Positions 26,713 to 36,572 of a DNA stretch of 64,000 bases are shown here, piece by piece. The position numbers were made by a program, and so were the translations under genes. Source of the stretch: an uncultured Methanosarcinales archaeon (GTDB taxonomy: Archaea; Nanobdellota; Nanobdellia; Woesearchaeales; GW2011-AR9). Under the pieces are notes generated by a model, which saw only the letters and a program-made list of their open reading frames with translations, was not told the DNA's origin and did not search any database. Every line of letters starts with the position of its first letter. Position 1 is the stretch's first letter. The DNA lies in NCBI GenBank assembly GCA_964344235.1, contig CAYFMJ010000002.1, forward strand, positions 1-64,000, written 5' to 3'.

Positions 26713-28182
26713 ATGAAACACACAGCAAAAGAGTTGGCAACATTCTGTAAAAAGAAAGGTTTCATCTATCCTTCTAGCGCTATCTACGGCGGTGTGGCAG
26801 GATTATATGATTACGGCCATCTTGGAACGAAGCTCAAACACAATTTTCAAAATGTCTGGAGAAATTATTTCCTCTCATTAAATGATAATTTCTACGAAAT
26901 TGAGACAGCCAATATTATGCATGAAAAAGTCTTCAAAGCATCCGGGCATTTAGATAATTTCACAGACCCTGTCGCAATCTCAGAATCGGGCCATTTCGAA
27001 CGAGCTGACCATTTAATTGAGAAAGCTATCGGAGAAAGAGTAGAAGGCCTCTCATCAGAGGAACTCAAAGAATTAATTGACAAATATAACATCAAATGTC
27101 CTACCTCCGGCACAAAGATAGTTGACGTGAAAATCTTCAACATGATGTTTCCGTTAACGATGGGAGTAAACTCCACAAACAAAGCCTACCTACGACCAGA
27201 AACAGCACAATCTCCCTACGTGAACTTCAAATTGCAGTATGAGTTATTGAGAAAAAAACTTCCTTTGGGGTTAGCCCTTATTGGAAGAGCATATCGAAAT
27301 GAAATCTCGCCACGTAACCTCACTCTTAGACAACGAGAATTCACACAGGCAGAATTGCAAATTTTCTTCAACCCCCACAACATCAATGAACATCCGGATT
27401 TTGATGACGTGAAAGACTACCCTCTGCGAACAATGTTAGTAGAAGATAGGGAAGCAAAAACCATTACCGAACGAACGCCAGAAATGTTATTGGAATTGGG
27501 ATTACCAAAGTTTTATGTCTTTCATCTAGTAAAAATCCAACAATTCTATCTTGACGTTCTACAAATCCCAAAAGACAGATTTCGGTTATATCAATTAAAC
27601 GATAAAGAAAAAGCATTCTACAACAAATTTCATTTTGACATTGAAATTGATCTAGCAGAACATGGCTTCTACGAAGTCGGCGGTTTACATTACAGAACAG
27701 ATCATGATCTCCATGGGCATCAAGATATTTCCAAAGAAAAAATGGAAGTGTTGGATGAAGCAACACAACAGAAATTCATTCCGCATGTGCTGGAGTTAAG
27801 TTTCGGTGTTGATAGGACGGTGTACGCTCTTCTCGACACCTCCTACCAAAACGATGCAGACCGAGGAAACATTGTATTACACTTACCAAAACTCTTCACG
27901 CCATTTCATTGTGCTGTCTTTCCGTTAGTAAAGAACAAAGAAGCAGTTGCCAAGAAAGCACGTGAAGTCTATAATGTAGTGAAAGAAAATTTTTCCTGCT
28001 TCTATGATGAAGCTTCTTCCATTGGGAGACGCTACGCACGTGCAGATGAAATCGGAATTCGCTACTGTATCACAATCGACTTCGAAACACTTGAAGATGC
28101 ATGTGTTACCATCAGAGATCGAGAAACAACCAAGCAAGAACGCATCCCTATTGCTAATTTATTAGAAACATTGTCGAAGTAA
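26713..28182 (+). CDS. glyS: Glycine--tRNA ligase (archaeal/eukaryotic type)
   Basis: LRPETAQ, RNEISPR, REFTQAE, IGRRYARADEIG. Confidence 0.96.
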   Translation: MKHTAKELATFCKKKGFIYPSSAIYGGVAGLYDYGHLGTKLKHNFQNVWRNYFLSLNDNFYEIETANIMHEKVFKASGHLDNFTDPVAISESGHFERADHLIEKAIGERVEGLSSEELKELIDKYNIKCPTSGTKIVDVKIFNMMFPLTMGVNSTNKAYLRPETAQSPYVNFKLQYELLRKKLPLGLALIGRAYRNEISPRNLTLRQREFTQAELQIFFNPHNINEHPDFDDVKDYPLRTMLVEDREAKTITERTPEMLLELGLPKFYVFHLVKIQQFYLDVLQIPKDRFRLYQLNDKEKAFYNKFHFDIEIDLAEHGFYEVGGLHYRTDHDLHGHQDISKEKMEVLDEATQQKFIPHVLELSFGVDRTVYALLDTSYQNDADRGNIVLHLPKLFTPFHCAVFPLVKNKEAVAKKAREVYNVVKENFSCFYDEASSIGRRYARADEIGIRYCITIDFETLEDACVTIRDRETTKQERIPIANLLETLSK

Positions 28183-28213
28183 ACTTTATATACCTCACTT
28201 CTCTTTTCTAACT

Positions 28214-28750
28214 ATGAATAAAAGAGGTTCAGCATTTGCAATCACTATTACTATTTCTCTATTATTAATTGGGGGACTGAGTGCGCTGTACTTTCTTATT
28301 GATGACACCAGAATACAATGGTTATCCCTCGCACTCCTTTTCGCAGTGTTCCTGTTCTTAGTGATAGATATTGTACGAACGTTCACTTCCCCCTCTCATC
28401 ATCTTAAAAAATCAATCAAAGAAATGCATTCCCTCATCAAAAAGGAGCCGTTGGAAACACTCCGGGAGAAATACGTTGCCATTTACGAATCCTACATGAA
28501 ATTATCTGAAAAGAAGAAACAACACTTCTACCAAGACATCCATTCTCTTAGGGAAACAATTGAAGACCAATTACAAGCAGAGAAAAAAGTAGAAGAATTA
28601 TTACAACAATCCTCCCAAGGAACAGTACAACAGCAACAGCAGATCTATGAGTTACTCCACACATATTCTCAGAAATTGCCACAGAAAGTACAAGAGAAAT
28701 TCTACCCGCAAATCGTTGCTATGAAAGAGAAATTGAGTCGAGGGACCTAA
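28214..28750 (+). CDS. Hypothetical membrane-anchored coiled-coil protein
   Basis: Two N-terminal TM segments followed by a helical region. Confidence 0.7.
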   Translation: MNKRGSAFAITITISLLLIGGLSALYFLIDDTRIQWLSLALLFAVFLFLVIDIVRTFTSPSHHLKKSIKEMHSLIKKEPLETLREKYVAIYESYMKLSEKKKQHFYQDIHSLRETIEDQLQAEKKVEELLQQSSQGTVQQQQQIYELLHTYSQKLPQKVQEKFYPQIVAMKEKLSRGT

Positions 28751-28800
28751 TCAATATCATAGAAATCTATATATACTACAAACGTCCCAACCCCCCCACA

Positions 28801-29190
28801 ATGGAAATCAAAGACATTCAAGCAAATCAGGGAAATATTGATGTGGTTATCGAAATCGTGGCGAAAGAAGAACCGCGGACGTTTGAGAAATTCGGAAAAC
28901 AGGGAAGAGTTTGCAACGCGAAAGCTAAAGACGGTTCTGGGGAGATTAAACTTACCTTATGGAATGAAGATGTGGATAAAGTAAATGTAGGTGATAAAAT
29001 CCATCTGCAAAACGGTTGGTGTTCTGAATACCAAGGAGAAAGACAACTCTCTTCAGGTAAATTTGGTAAGATTGAAGTTGTTGAACAATCCTCACAAGAA
29101 GTCTTCACCAACAGTGCTGAAATGTTGGGCCAACCGCAACCAGATCAAGAATCTTTAGAAGTCATCAAAGATGAAGAGATGGTTGAATAA
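28801..29190 (+). CDS. Single-stranded DNA-binding OB-fold protein (SSB/RPA-like)
   Basis: KDGSGEIKLTLWNEDVDKVNVGDKIHLQNGW; acidic tail. Confidence 0.88.
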   Translation: MEIKDIQANQGNIDVVIEIVAKEEPRTFEKFGKQGRVCNAKAKDGSGEIKLTLWNEDVDKVNVGDKIHLQNGWCSEYQGERQLSSGKFGKIEVVEQSSQEVFTNSAEMLGQPQPDQESLEVIKDEEMVE

Positions 29191-29228
29191 GACCGAACTT
29201 TTATATACTCTTTTTTTATTATAATTCT

Positions 29229-29555
29229 ATGAAACTCTTACCTGCATTAAAACAAAAAAAGCGGTACATTGTCTTTGAAATAATCTCAGATAATAAATTC
29301 TCCGCTTCAGAAGTACAAGCAGCAGTGAAGGAAGCACTCCATTCTTTCCTGGGTGAGTTAGGCATCGCAAAAGCAGGTCCGATGTTCATCAAAGAGAAAT
29401 ATACTTCCAATAAGTTTATATTAAAAGTCAATCATAAATATGTAGATGAGTGTAAATCTGCACTTATCCTCATCAAAACCATTAAAAAGAGGCCAGTGAT
29501 CTTCCGTTCTGTGATTACATCTGGCACAATAAAAAAAGCAAGCACATTCCTGTGA
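29229..29555 (+). CDS. rnp2: RNase P protein Pop5/Rpp14
   Basis: LPALKQKKRYIVFEI, SGTIKKA; position at the head of the psmA-SBDS cluster. Confidence 0.9.
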   Translation: MKLLPALKQKKRYIVFEIISDNKFSASEVQAAVKEALHSFLGELGIAKAGPMFIKEKYTSNKFILKVNHKYVDECKSALILIKTIKKRPVIFRSVITSGTIKKASTFL

Positions 29556-29565
29556 GGTGGATATT

Positions 29566-30291
29566 ATGCAACCAAGTAAACAAATGATCGATAAGATGGG
29601 CTACGACCGTTCCATCACTATGTTTTCTCCTGATGGTAGATTATTACAGGTAGAATATGCAAAAAAAACCGTACGACAAGGTTCAACCGCCATTGGCATC
29701 GCCTGTAAAGATGGCGTCGTTCTAGTAGCTGATAAAAGAATTAATTCAAAGTTAATGGTTCCTGAGGCTATTGAGAAAATGTTTAAAGTTGACGACCACA
29801 TCGCTGCAACCGCTTCTGGCATTATCTCAGATGCAAGAGTGCTAGTAGATAGGGTGCAGTTAAAAGCACAACAGCATTCTGTAACATACGATTCAAAGAT
29901 TGATATTCTCTCTATTGTGAAAGATATTTGCGATTTGAAACAAATCTGCACCCAGTCAGCTGGCTTACGGCCGTTTGGTGTTTCCATGCTACTTGGCGGA
30001 GTGGATGAGGATGGTGAAGTGAAACTCTTCTTAACAGAGCCATATGGAATTTACTTCCAGTTTAAAGCAGCTGTTATTGGAGAAGGTGAAAATGACATTG
30101 AACCTGCTTTACAGAAGGGCTACAAACCAAACATGTCCTGTGAGGATGGAATTCGGTTCGGCTTAAGTTTACTGAAAGGGTTCTTAGGTTCTGAGTTTAA
30201 CTTTGATAGAGTTGATACAGTTGTTGTGCGAGCATCTGATAAGCGCTACACAAAGTTAAGTAACGACGAAATGAAGAAGTTGATGAAGTGA
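29566..30291 (+). CDS. psmA: Proteasome subunit alpha
   Basis: GYDRSITMFSPDGRLLQVEYA, RPFGVS. Confidence 0.97.
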   Translation: MQPSKQMIDKMGYDRSITMFSPDGRLLQVEYAKKTVRQGSTAIGIACKDGVVLVADKRINSKLMVPEAIEKMFKVDDHIAATASGIISDARVLVDRVQLKAQQHSVTYDSKIDILSIVKDICDLKQICTQSAGLRPFGVSMLLGGVDEDGEVKLFLTEPYGIYFQFKAAVIGEGENDIEPALQKGYKPNMSCEDGIRFGLSLLKGFLGSEFNFDRVDTVVVRASDKRYTKLSNDEMKKLMK

Positions 30292-30298
30292 TTCATGC

Positions 30299-30991
30299 AT
30301 GTCAGAAAAACTATCTCTCGCGAGAATCAAAAAATTCGGACAAACGTTTGAAATAAGCATTGATCAAGATAAAGCAGTTGCTTTCAAAGAAGGTTCTCTT
30401 ACTGACGTTAGAGAAGCGCTCCAATCAGACGACATTTATACCGATGCAAAGAAAGGACTGAGAGCAACCTCTGAAAACCTTGCCAAAGCATTCCAAACAA
30501 CTGATCCATTAAAAATCGCAGAAATAATTCTCAAACAAGGAGAGATTCAAGTCAGCGCAGAGCATCGTGCAGCTGAGAGGGAGCAACGAAGAAAACAACT
30601 AATTCAATTAATCCACAAACAAGTTGTTGATCCTAAAACAGGTTTACCTCATCCAGTTACGAGAATCGAAGCTGCGTTAGAAGAAGGTAAAATTCATTTA
30701 GATGACCACAAATCTGTTGAAGAACAATTTGACAACATAATCTCTAAACTCCGTCCAATCATCCCTATTAGTATTGAGAGAAAAAAGTTAGCTGTTACCA
30801 TTCCTTCTACCTACACTGGGAAAGCCTATGCTGCCGTAAAGTCAATAGCCCCCATTATCAAAGAAGAATGGAAATCTGACGGGAGCTGGTTTGTTCTGAT
30901 AGAAATTCCTGCTGGTTTAGCGCCGGAAGTTATCGATAAACTCAACAGCTTAACGCAAGGCGAGGTAATGATCGAAGAAAAGAAAAATTAA
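30299..30991 (+). CDS. Ribosome assembly factor SBDS
   Basis: FEISID, IYTDAKKG.RA, DPKTGLPHPVTRIEAAL. Confidence 0.95.
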   Translation: MSEKLSLARIKKFGQTFEISIDQDKAVAFKEGSLTDVREALQSDDIYTDAKKGLRATSENLAKAFQTTDPLKIAEIILKQGEIQVSAEHRAAEREQRRKQLIQLIHKQVVDPKTGLPHPVTRIEAALEEGKIHLDDHKSVEEQFDNIISKLRPIIPISIERKKLAVTIPSTYTGKAYAAVKSIAPIIKEEWKSDGSWFVLIEIPAGLAPEVIDKLNSLTQGEVMIEEKKN

Positions 30992-31290
30992 CTACATTCA
31001 TTTACTCTTCGCACAAAATCATTGTACAACGTAACTCCATAATCTTCTGAGAGATCAACTTCAACTCGATACGTCTCTCTTAAATATTCTCTTGCGGCTT
31101 CTTCAAAACTTCCTTCCGGCACACTTTGCAAATGTCCATACCGCTCGCAGAACGCTGCTTTCTGGCCCGTCGCTTGTTGGTTTGCCCAATACGCGCCAAT
31201 TCCCAACATCGCAACTCCAACTACTGCTGCTTGCCACCCGGATATGCTTAAAATTCCATCCACAATTTCTCTCAGACCCATCCTAGACAA
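30988..31290 (-). CDS. Hypothetical membrane-anchored protein inserted between SBDS and rrp4
   Basis: 100-aa ORF with one TM segment; opposite strand to its neighbours. Confidence 0.5.
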   Translation of the reverse strand: MSRMGLREIVDGILSISGWQAAVVGVAMLGIGAYWANQQATGQKAAFCERYGHLQSVPEGSFEEAAREYLRETYRVEVDLSEDYGVTLYNDFVRRVNECS

Positions 31291-31449
31291 TTGAGGTAAT
31301 TACTATAAAAATATTGCCTCAAATAACCACAAATCAGTAACAACCAATAATCAACCAAAACCCTTATAAAAAACCCCCCAAACTAACACTCTAAAGAAAA
31401 ATACGGAGGCTATCCGCTAGAGTAGCATGAAAGTGGATAGAGACAAAAT

Positions 31450-32136
31450 ATGAGTAATATAAAAGTAGAAGATCGGGAAATTGTTATCCCGGGGCAAATT
31501 CTTGCAGAAGGAATGGATAATCTTCCAGGCGAAAATACCTACCGAGAAGATGATAAAATTCATTCTAAAAAAGTTGGCTTAGTTTCAATCCGAGACAGAG
31601 TCATTCGAGTAACAGCAATGTCTGGCCCTTACGTTCCAAAAGTAGGAGACAGAATTATTGCGCAGGTCATTGACATCACCATGAGTGGTTGGCGTGTTGA
31701 TACAGGCACAGCGTACTCAGCAATGTTAAATGTCAAAGACGCAACGACACGATTCATTAAGCGTGATGAAGATCTGAGCCAGATTCTAGCAATTGGCGAT
31801 TACCTAACTGTGGTTATTACCAAAGTTACCTCTCAGAATTTGATTGATGTAACAATGAAAGAACCTGGTTTAGGAAAAATTCAGGGTGGTCGAATCATTA
31901 AAGTTAACTCCCACAAAGTTCCAAGAATCATCGGAAAAAAGGGAAGTATGATCTCATTACTGAAAGAAAAAACCGGCTGTTCAATTACAGTTGGCCAAAA
32001 CGGCTTTGTTTCAATTAAAGGAACACCAGAAAACGAACTCAAAGTTGAGAGTGCTATCCATCTCATTGAAGCTAAATCTCACGAGTCTGGTTTAACCGAG
32101 AAAATTGAAGCATTCCTCGCAGGAGGTGCAGCGTAA
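31450..32136 (+). CDS. rrp4: Exosome RNA-binding subunit Rrp4
   Basis: VIPGQ, YVPKVGDRII, S1 domain then KH (KVPRIIGKKGSMI). Confidence 0.95.
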   Translation: MSNIKVEDREIVIPGQILAEGMDNLPGENTYREDDKIHSKKVGLVSIRDRVIRVTAMSGPYVPKVGDRIIAQVIDITMSGWRVDTGTAYSAMLNVKDATTRFIKRDEDLSQILAIGDYLTVVITKVTSQNLIDVTMKEPGLGKIQGGRIIKVNSHKVPRIIGKKGSMISLLKEKTGCSITVGQNGFVSIKGTPENELKVESAIHLIEAKSHESGLTEKIEAFLAGGAA

Positions 32137-32867
32137 TGGTATACAAACAACGATTAGACGGCAGAAAAGACGACGAGTTACGTCCAATGGAAGCTAAGGT
32201 TGGTGTTATTCCAAACGCTGACGGCTCCGCTTCATTTAAGATTGGGAAAACACACGCTATTGCAGCAGTCTACGGACCAAGGGAACTGTTTCCTAGGTTC
32301 TTACAGAATCCTAAAACGGGAATTTTACGATGTCATTACACAATGATGCCGTTCTCAGGTTCAGGAGAGAGAATCCGTCCTGGAAAAAGTAGACGAGCTC
32401 AGGAAATTTCCATGGTTATGACGAAAGCGTTATCTCCGGTGTTAGATTTAACAGAATTTCCAAACGCTGTTGTTGATGTCTTTGTACAATTACCACAAAC
32501 TGATGCAGGAACACGATGTGCAGCTATTACTGCAGCTTCCATGGCTCTTGCAGATGCAGGAATTCCAATGAAAGACATGATCTCTTCAGTGGCTGTGGGA
32601 AATGTTGATGATAAAATCGTCGCAGACCTAACGTACAAAGAGGAGCAGATCGGTCAATTCAATCCGGAATCAAAGGACGCTCCTGTATCCGACATTCCAT
32701 TAGCAATGTTGCATAACACCAAAGAGATTTCACTTCTGCAAATGGATGGTGAAATTTCCCGGGATGATTTAGTAAAATCATTAGAACTTGCAAAAATTGC
32801 TATGGAAAAGATCTACGAAGTGCAGAAGCAAGCACTGTTAGCAAAATTCACAGGTGACGCACAATGA
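32136..32867 (+). CDS. rrp41: Exosome exonuclease Rrp41
   Basis: RLDGRKDDELRP, ADGSA, RRAQEIS, DAGTRCAAITAASMALADAG. Confidence 0.95.
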   Translation: MVYKQRLDGRKDDELRPMEAKVGVIPNADGSASFKIGKTHAIAAVYGPRELFPRFLQNPKTGILRCHYTMMPFSGSGERIRPGKSRRAQEISMVMTKALSPVLDLTEFPNAVVDVFVQLPQTDAGTRCAAITAASMALADAGIPMKDMISSVAVGNVDDKIVADLTYKEEQIGQFNPESKDAPVSDIPLAMLHNTKEISLLQMDGEISRDDLVKSLELAKIAMEKIYEVQKQALLAKFTGDAQ

Positions 32868-33655
32868 TTAGCAACAAACGAACAGTAAAACAACTTGCAG
32901 CAGAAGGCAAGCGACTAGACATGCGTGGTTTAACCGACTACCGTGAACCAATTGAAATCTCGACAGAAATTTCATGGACCGCAGAAGGCTCAGCGCAAGT
33001 TACAATCGGCAAGACCGTTGTTATGGCTGGTGTGAAACTATCACTAGAGAAACCATACAACGATACTCCCGATGAGGGTGGCATTATGATTAATGCTGAA
33101 CTAACTCCTCTATCAAGTCCAGAGTATGAAGCTGGTCCACCGCCAATTAAAGCTATTGAGTTAGCGAGAGTAACGGACAGAGGAATTCGAGAAGCGAAAG
33201 CAATCGATGTGAAGAAACTCTGTGTAACTCCTGGCGAGAAAGCATGGTTTGTTATTGTTGATATTGTAACGATTAACGATGATGGAAACCTGTTTGACGC
33301 AGCAAGCTTAGCAGCAATCACCGCTTTGAAAGCAGCACGGTTCCCAGTTGTTGATGAAGCAACTGGAGCTATCAACTACAAAGAGAAAACAGATACACCT
33401 GTTCCTCTCGACAAAGAACCTCTTTCAGTAACTGTGTACAAAATCAACGGCGCATTAGTTGTTGACCCAACACGGGAAGAAGAGAACGCCTATGATGCTC
33501 GGTTAACTGTTGCTATTGATAAAAATGGCACAATCTCAGCAATGCAGAAAGGTGGTGAGGGTCTTTTGACTGTTGAAGAAGTTGCACAAGTAGCTGACAT
33601 CGCAATGGAAAAATCAGCATTTCTTCGTGAGAAAGTAAATGCAAAGGTGAACTAA
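32864..33655 (+). CDS. rrp42: Exosome subunit Rrp42
   Basis: GKRLDMRGLTDYR, AEGSAQVTIGKT, DDGNLFDA. Confidence 0.95.
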   Translation: MISNKRTVKQLAAEGKRLDMRGLTDYREPIEISTEISWTAEGSAQVTIGKTVVMAGVKLSLEKPYNDTPDEGGIMINAELTPLSSPEYEAGPPPIKAIELARVTDRGIREAKAIDVKKLCVTPGEKAWFVIVDIVTINDDGNLFDAASLAAITALKAARFPVVDEATGAINYKEKTDTPVPLDKEPLSVTVYKINGALVVDPTREEENAYDARLTVAIDKNGTISAMQKGGEGLLTVEEVAQVADIAMEKSAFLREKVNAKVN

Positions 33656-33656
33656 C

Positions 33657-33872
33657 ATGGCACATGACGAAGTAACATACACAAAGTACGAAAAAGCACG
33701 GATGATCGGATCCAGAGCTTTACAGCTTTCAATGGGTGCTCCGTTCTTGCTAAAGTTAAGTGAAGAAGAATTAACCAAAATCAGATATGACGTGATTCAG
33801 TTAGCAATCATGGAATTTGATGAGGGAGTTCTTCCAATCACCGTTAAGAGACCTATTGCGAAGGCCAAATAA
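33657..33872 (+). CDS. rpoK: RNA polymerase subunit K (Rpo6)
   Basis: YTKYEKARMIGSRALQLSMGAP, EFDEGVLPITVKRP. Confidence 0.95.
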   Translation: MAHDEVTYTKYEKARMIGSRALQLSMGAPFLLKLSEEELTKIRYDVIQLAIMEFDEGVLPITVKRPIAKAK

Positions 33873-33946
33873 CTTTATTTTATGCTTTTTTGAAACCACT
33901 TGTGGGTGACGAAAGACTTATAAAAGAACCTACCATATTACTAACT

Positions 33947-34576
33947 ATGGCTAGAAAAAAGGAAAAACGTCGTAGGAAGCGTGGTGCAAGGGCAGTTGTT
34001 TACACCCCCAAAGATCGTTCCAGGTCGAAGGAAGGCTTTTTCCACCCTTTATATTTTTACACTCTTGGGGTTCAGTTTGTATACACTATCAGTAGCCTGC
34101 CAGACTCATTTCAAGAACAACTGGCACAAAGCCCAATCACAACAATTACCGGTGCTAGTCTAACGGCTTTGGGAGTTGGGTTGGGGGTAAGAACTCAAGT
34201 TTACATGAAGCAACATTTCTCGCATAATCCAGATGGGAGTTTAGAAAATACACTTGCTACAGATGGTCCCTATGGTCTGGTTAGACACCCTATTTATTCC
34301 TGCTTTAGAGCAGCAAATGTGGGAATGGGATTAATGTTCCCAACTCCAATAAATATAGGATTAACCGTAGCTGCTTTAACCTTTTCTGAAGCACAATCAA
34401 GGGCGGAAGAGAGAAGATGCCTGAAAGATTTTGGTCCTAATTATGCTGAATACAAAGAAAGAACTCCTCGCTGGATTCCCCGAATTAAAACCTTAAAACA
34501 ACGCATTGGGGAATACTCAGTCAGACATCCAAAATTAACTGGTGTAGTAAATACACTGGGCACAATGCTTGGATAA
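33947..34576 (+). CDS. Isoprenylcysteine carboxyl methyltransferase-family membrane protein
   Basis: LATDGPYGLVRHPIY, EERRCL.DFG..Y.EY..RTPRWIP. Confidence 0.8.
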   Translation: MARKKEKRRRKRGARAVVYTPKDRSRSKEGFFHPLYFYTLGVQFVYTISSLPDSFQEQLAQSPITTITGASLTALGVGLGVRTQVYMKQHFSHNPDGSLENTLATDGPYGLVRHPIYSCFRAANVGMGLMFPTPINIGLTVAALTFSEAQSRAEERRCLKDFGPNYAEYKERTPRWIPRIKTLKQRIGEYSVRHPKLTGVVNTLGTMLG

Positions 34577-34581
34577 CAATT

Positions 34582-34872
34582 ATGAACTCCACAATAACCC
34601 AACAAAAACTGGACAAATATTTCTCGATCACCAAAGAAGCATTGGATATGGCACGTGATAAATTCAATCCTCAAAGAGAAACGGAAGCAGCAGACTTCTT
34701 CGATATGGCAGAACGCTACTACAACGACGCTCATTTCTTTCTCAATGAAAAGCAAGATGCAGTCCTAGCATTTGCTGCTCTAAACTACGCCCATGGCTGG
34801 CTTGATGCGGGGGCAAGGATTGGTTTATTTGACGTAAAAGACGATAGGTTATTCACAGTTGATGCAGAGTAA
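34582..34872 (+). CDS. DUF357 family protein
   Basis: MAERYYNDAHFF, AFAALNYAHGWLDAGARIG. Confidence 0.9.
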   Translation: MNSTITQQKLDKYFSITKEALDMARDKFNPQRETEAADFFDMAERYYNDAHFFLNEKQDAVLAFAALNYAHGWLDAGARIGLFDVKDDRLFTVDAE

Positions 34873-34978
34873 CCACTAAACGGTACTAAATAAACCAAAA
34901 GATTTATAAAGCGTTTACAGTTATAGAGTAATTAAGAGGTTCTGAGAGTGGTCGATGTGTTAATGGAGGCAAATAACA

Positions 34979-35764
34979 ATGATCGTCCAAAAAGATTTCC
35001 TGAACAAACTCAAAGACTTCGGTCTCAATTCATATGAAAGTAAACTCTGGATCGCTCTCTTAAGCCGTGGCGTTTCAACCGCAGGAGAATTATCAGATAT
35101 CTCAAACGTACCTCGATCACGAGCGTATGATGTTCTTGAAAGTTTAGAAAAGAAGGGCTTTATTATTGTAAAAGTAGGAAAACCAATCAAATATCTTGCT
35201 GTTCCACCGTCTGAAGTTATTGAAAGAGTAAAGAAAAAAGTACAAGACGAAGCAGAACAGCGGAATAAAATTCTAACAGAATTAAAAGATTCAAATATCC
35301 TTGGAGAATTAAACACACTTCACACAGAAGGTGTTAAATTAGTTGACCCAACCGATAAGAGTGGCGCTTTTCGAGGCCGAGATAAAGTCCATGACCACTT
35401 AGTTTCTATGGTAAAGCGAGCAAAGTCTAACATTACTTTAATGAATTCAAAAGAAGGAGCAGATAGAAAATTAGATTTGCTTGCAAACCATCTCAAAAAA
35501 GCAGCAAAGAATGGTGTTGAAATTAACGTAACAGTTCCTACTGGTACAAGCAAAGAAACTATTACACAATTCGAGACCGTTGCAAAAGTGAAGCAGCTGA
35601 AAAACACCACAGCACGATTCTGTATGGTTGACGGTCAGGAATTACTACTATTCTTAACAGATGATAAGAACGTTCACAAAAGTTACGATTGTGCAGTATG
35701 GTTAGACGCACCGTATTTCGTAAGCTACTTCGAGAACCTCTTCCAGAACGAATGGAGGAAATAA
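34979..35764 (+). CDS. TrmB family transcriptional regulator
   Basis: GLNSYESKLWIALL, TAGELSDISNVPRSRAYDVLESLEKKG. Confidence 0.92.
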   Translation: MIVQKDFLNKLKDFGLNSYESKLWIALLSRGVSTAGELSDISNVPRSRAYDVLESLEKKGFIIVKVGKPIKYLAVPPSEVIERVKKKVQDEAEQRNKILTELKDSNILGELNTLHTEGVKLVDPTDKSGAFRGRDKVHDHLVSMVKRAKSNITLMNSKEGADRKLDLLANHLKKAAKNGVEINVTVPTGTSKETITQFETVAKVKQLKNTTARFCMVDGQELLLFLTDDKNVHKSYDCAVWLDAPYFVSYFENLFQNEWRK

Positions 35765-35795
35765 TTTTTTAAATTAGAATAGGTTTTGCTTTAAA

Positions 35796-36160
35796 ATGGG
35801 AACCATCGATACATTTGTTGTGGTGACTCTAGAACCGGTCGTTGGCCACTCCCGCTTTGCTGAAGAATCTGATCACTATATCTGTGTTGGTGTCTATGCC
35901 GAGCCTTTGACAATAGATGGTGATGAGGCTGATTTTTCCACAGTTCTAGCAGAAGGCTTGCGGATCAAAGGAAACGGGGGAAAGTAATCTACGAAGGTGG
36001 ATTACTCTTGGACCCACTAAGCGCGTCGGATTATGGCTTCATGTTAGCTCAGGAATTTGGCGGCCAAGCAGATGAAACGTCGGGCTATGGTGGTCTAACT
36101 ATTCGCTTTCCCGCGAGTAGAGAGGAAGCACTATTAGCTCGCTTACAACCAGATCAGTAA
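35796..36160 (+). CDS. Hypothetical protein split by a -1 frameshift at G GGA AAG (programmed shift, pseudogene or sequencing error)
   Basis: Frame 0 stops at 35985-35987 directly after G GGA AAG; the -1 frame is open and protein-like to 36160. Confidence 0.45.
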
Positions 36161-36190
36161 ATTTTTAAACCCCCTTTCTTTTCTTTCTCT

Positions 36191-36535
36191 ATGTCCTTAA
36201 AACAAGTAATTCTCGTACGACAAGACCTCAAACTACCGAAAGGGAAGGCAGCAGCGCAAGCAGCCCATGCCTCTGTGGAAGCTGTTCTCAAATCCCCTCC
36301 ACAACTCGTCAAAGATTGGCGTGCAACAGGTATGGCTAAGATTGTGTTGAAAGTAAAGAATGAGAAAGAATTGATCAAATACTTTCAAATGGCCAAAGAT
36401 GAGGGCATCACAGCTTCGTTAATCACAGACGCTGGCAGAACTGTCATCGCTCCTGGAACAAAGACCTGCGTGGGAATCGGTCCGGATGAAGAAGAAACCA
36501 TCGACCATCTTACGAGTGAGTTACCTCTTCTCTAA
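36191..36535 (+). CDS. pth2: Peptidyl-tRNA hydrolase 2
   Basis: KQVILVRQDLKLPKGKAAAQAAHA, DAGRT, GIGP. Confidence 0.96.
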   Translation: MSLKQVILVRQDLKLPKGKAAAQAAHASVEAVLKSPPQLVKDWRATGMAKIVLKVKNEKELIKYFQMAKDEGITASLITDAGRTVIAPGTKTCVGIGPDEEETIDHLTSELPLL

Positions 36536-36572
36536 CCAAAAATTTATAAATAAACTACGTCCCAAACCTGTT

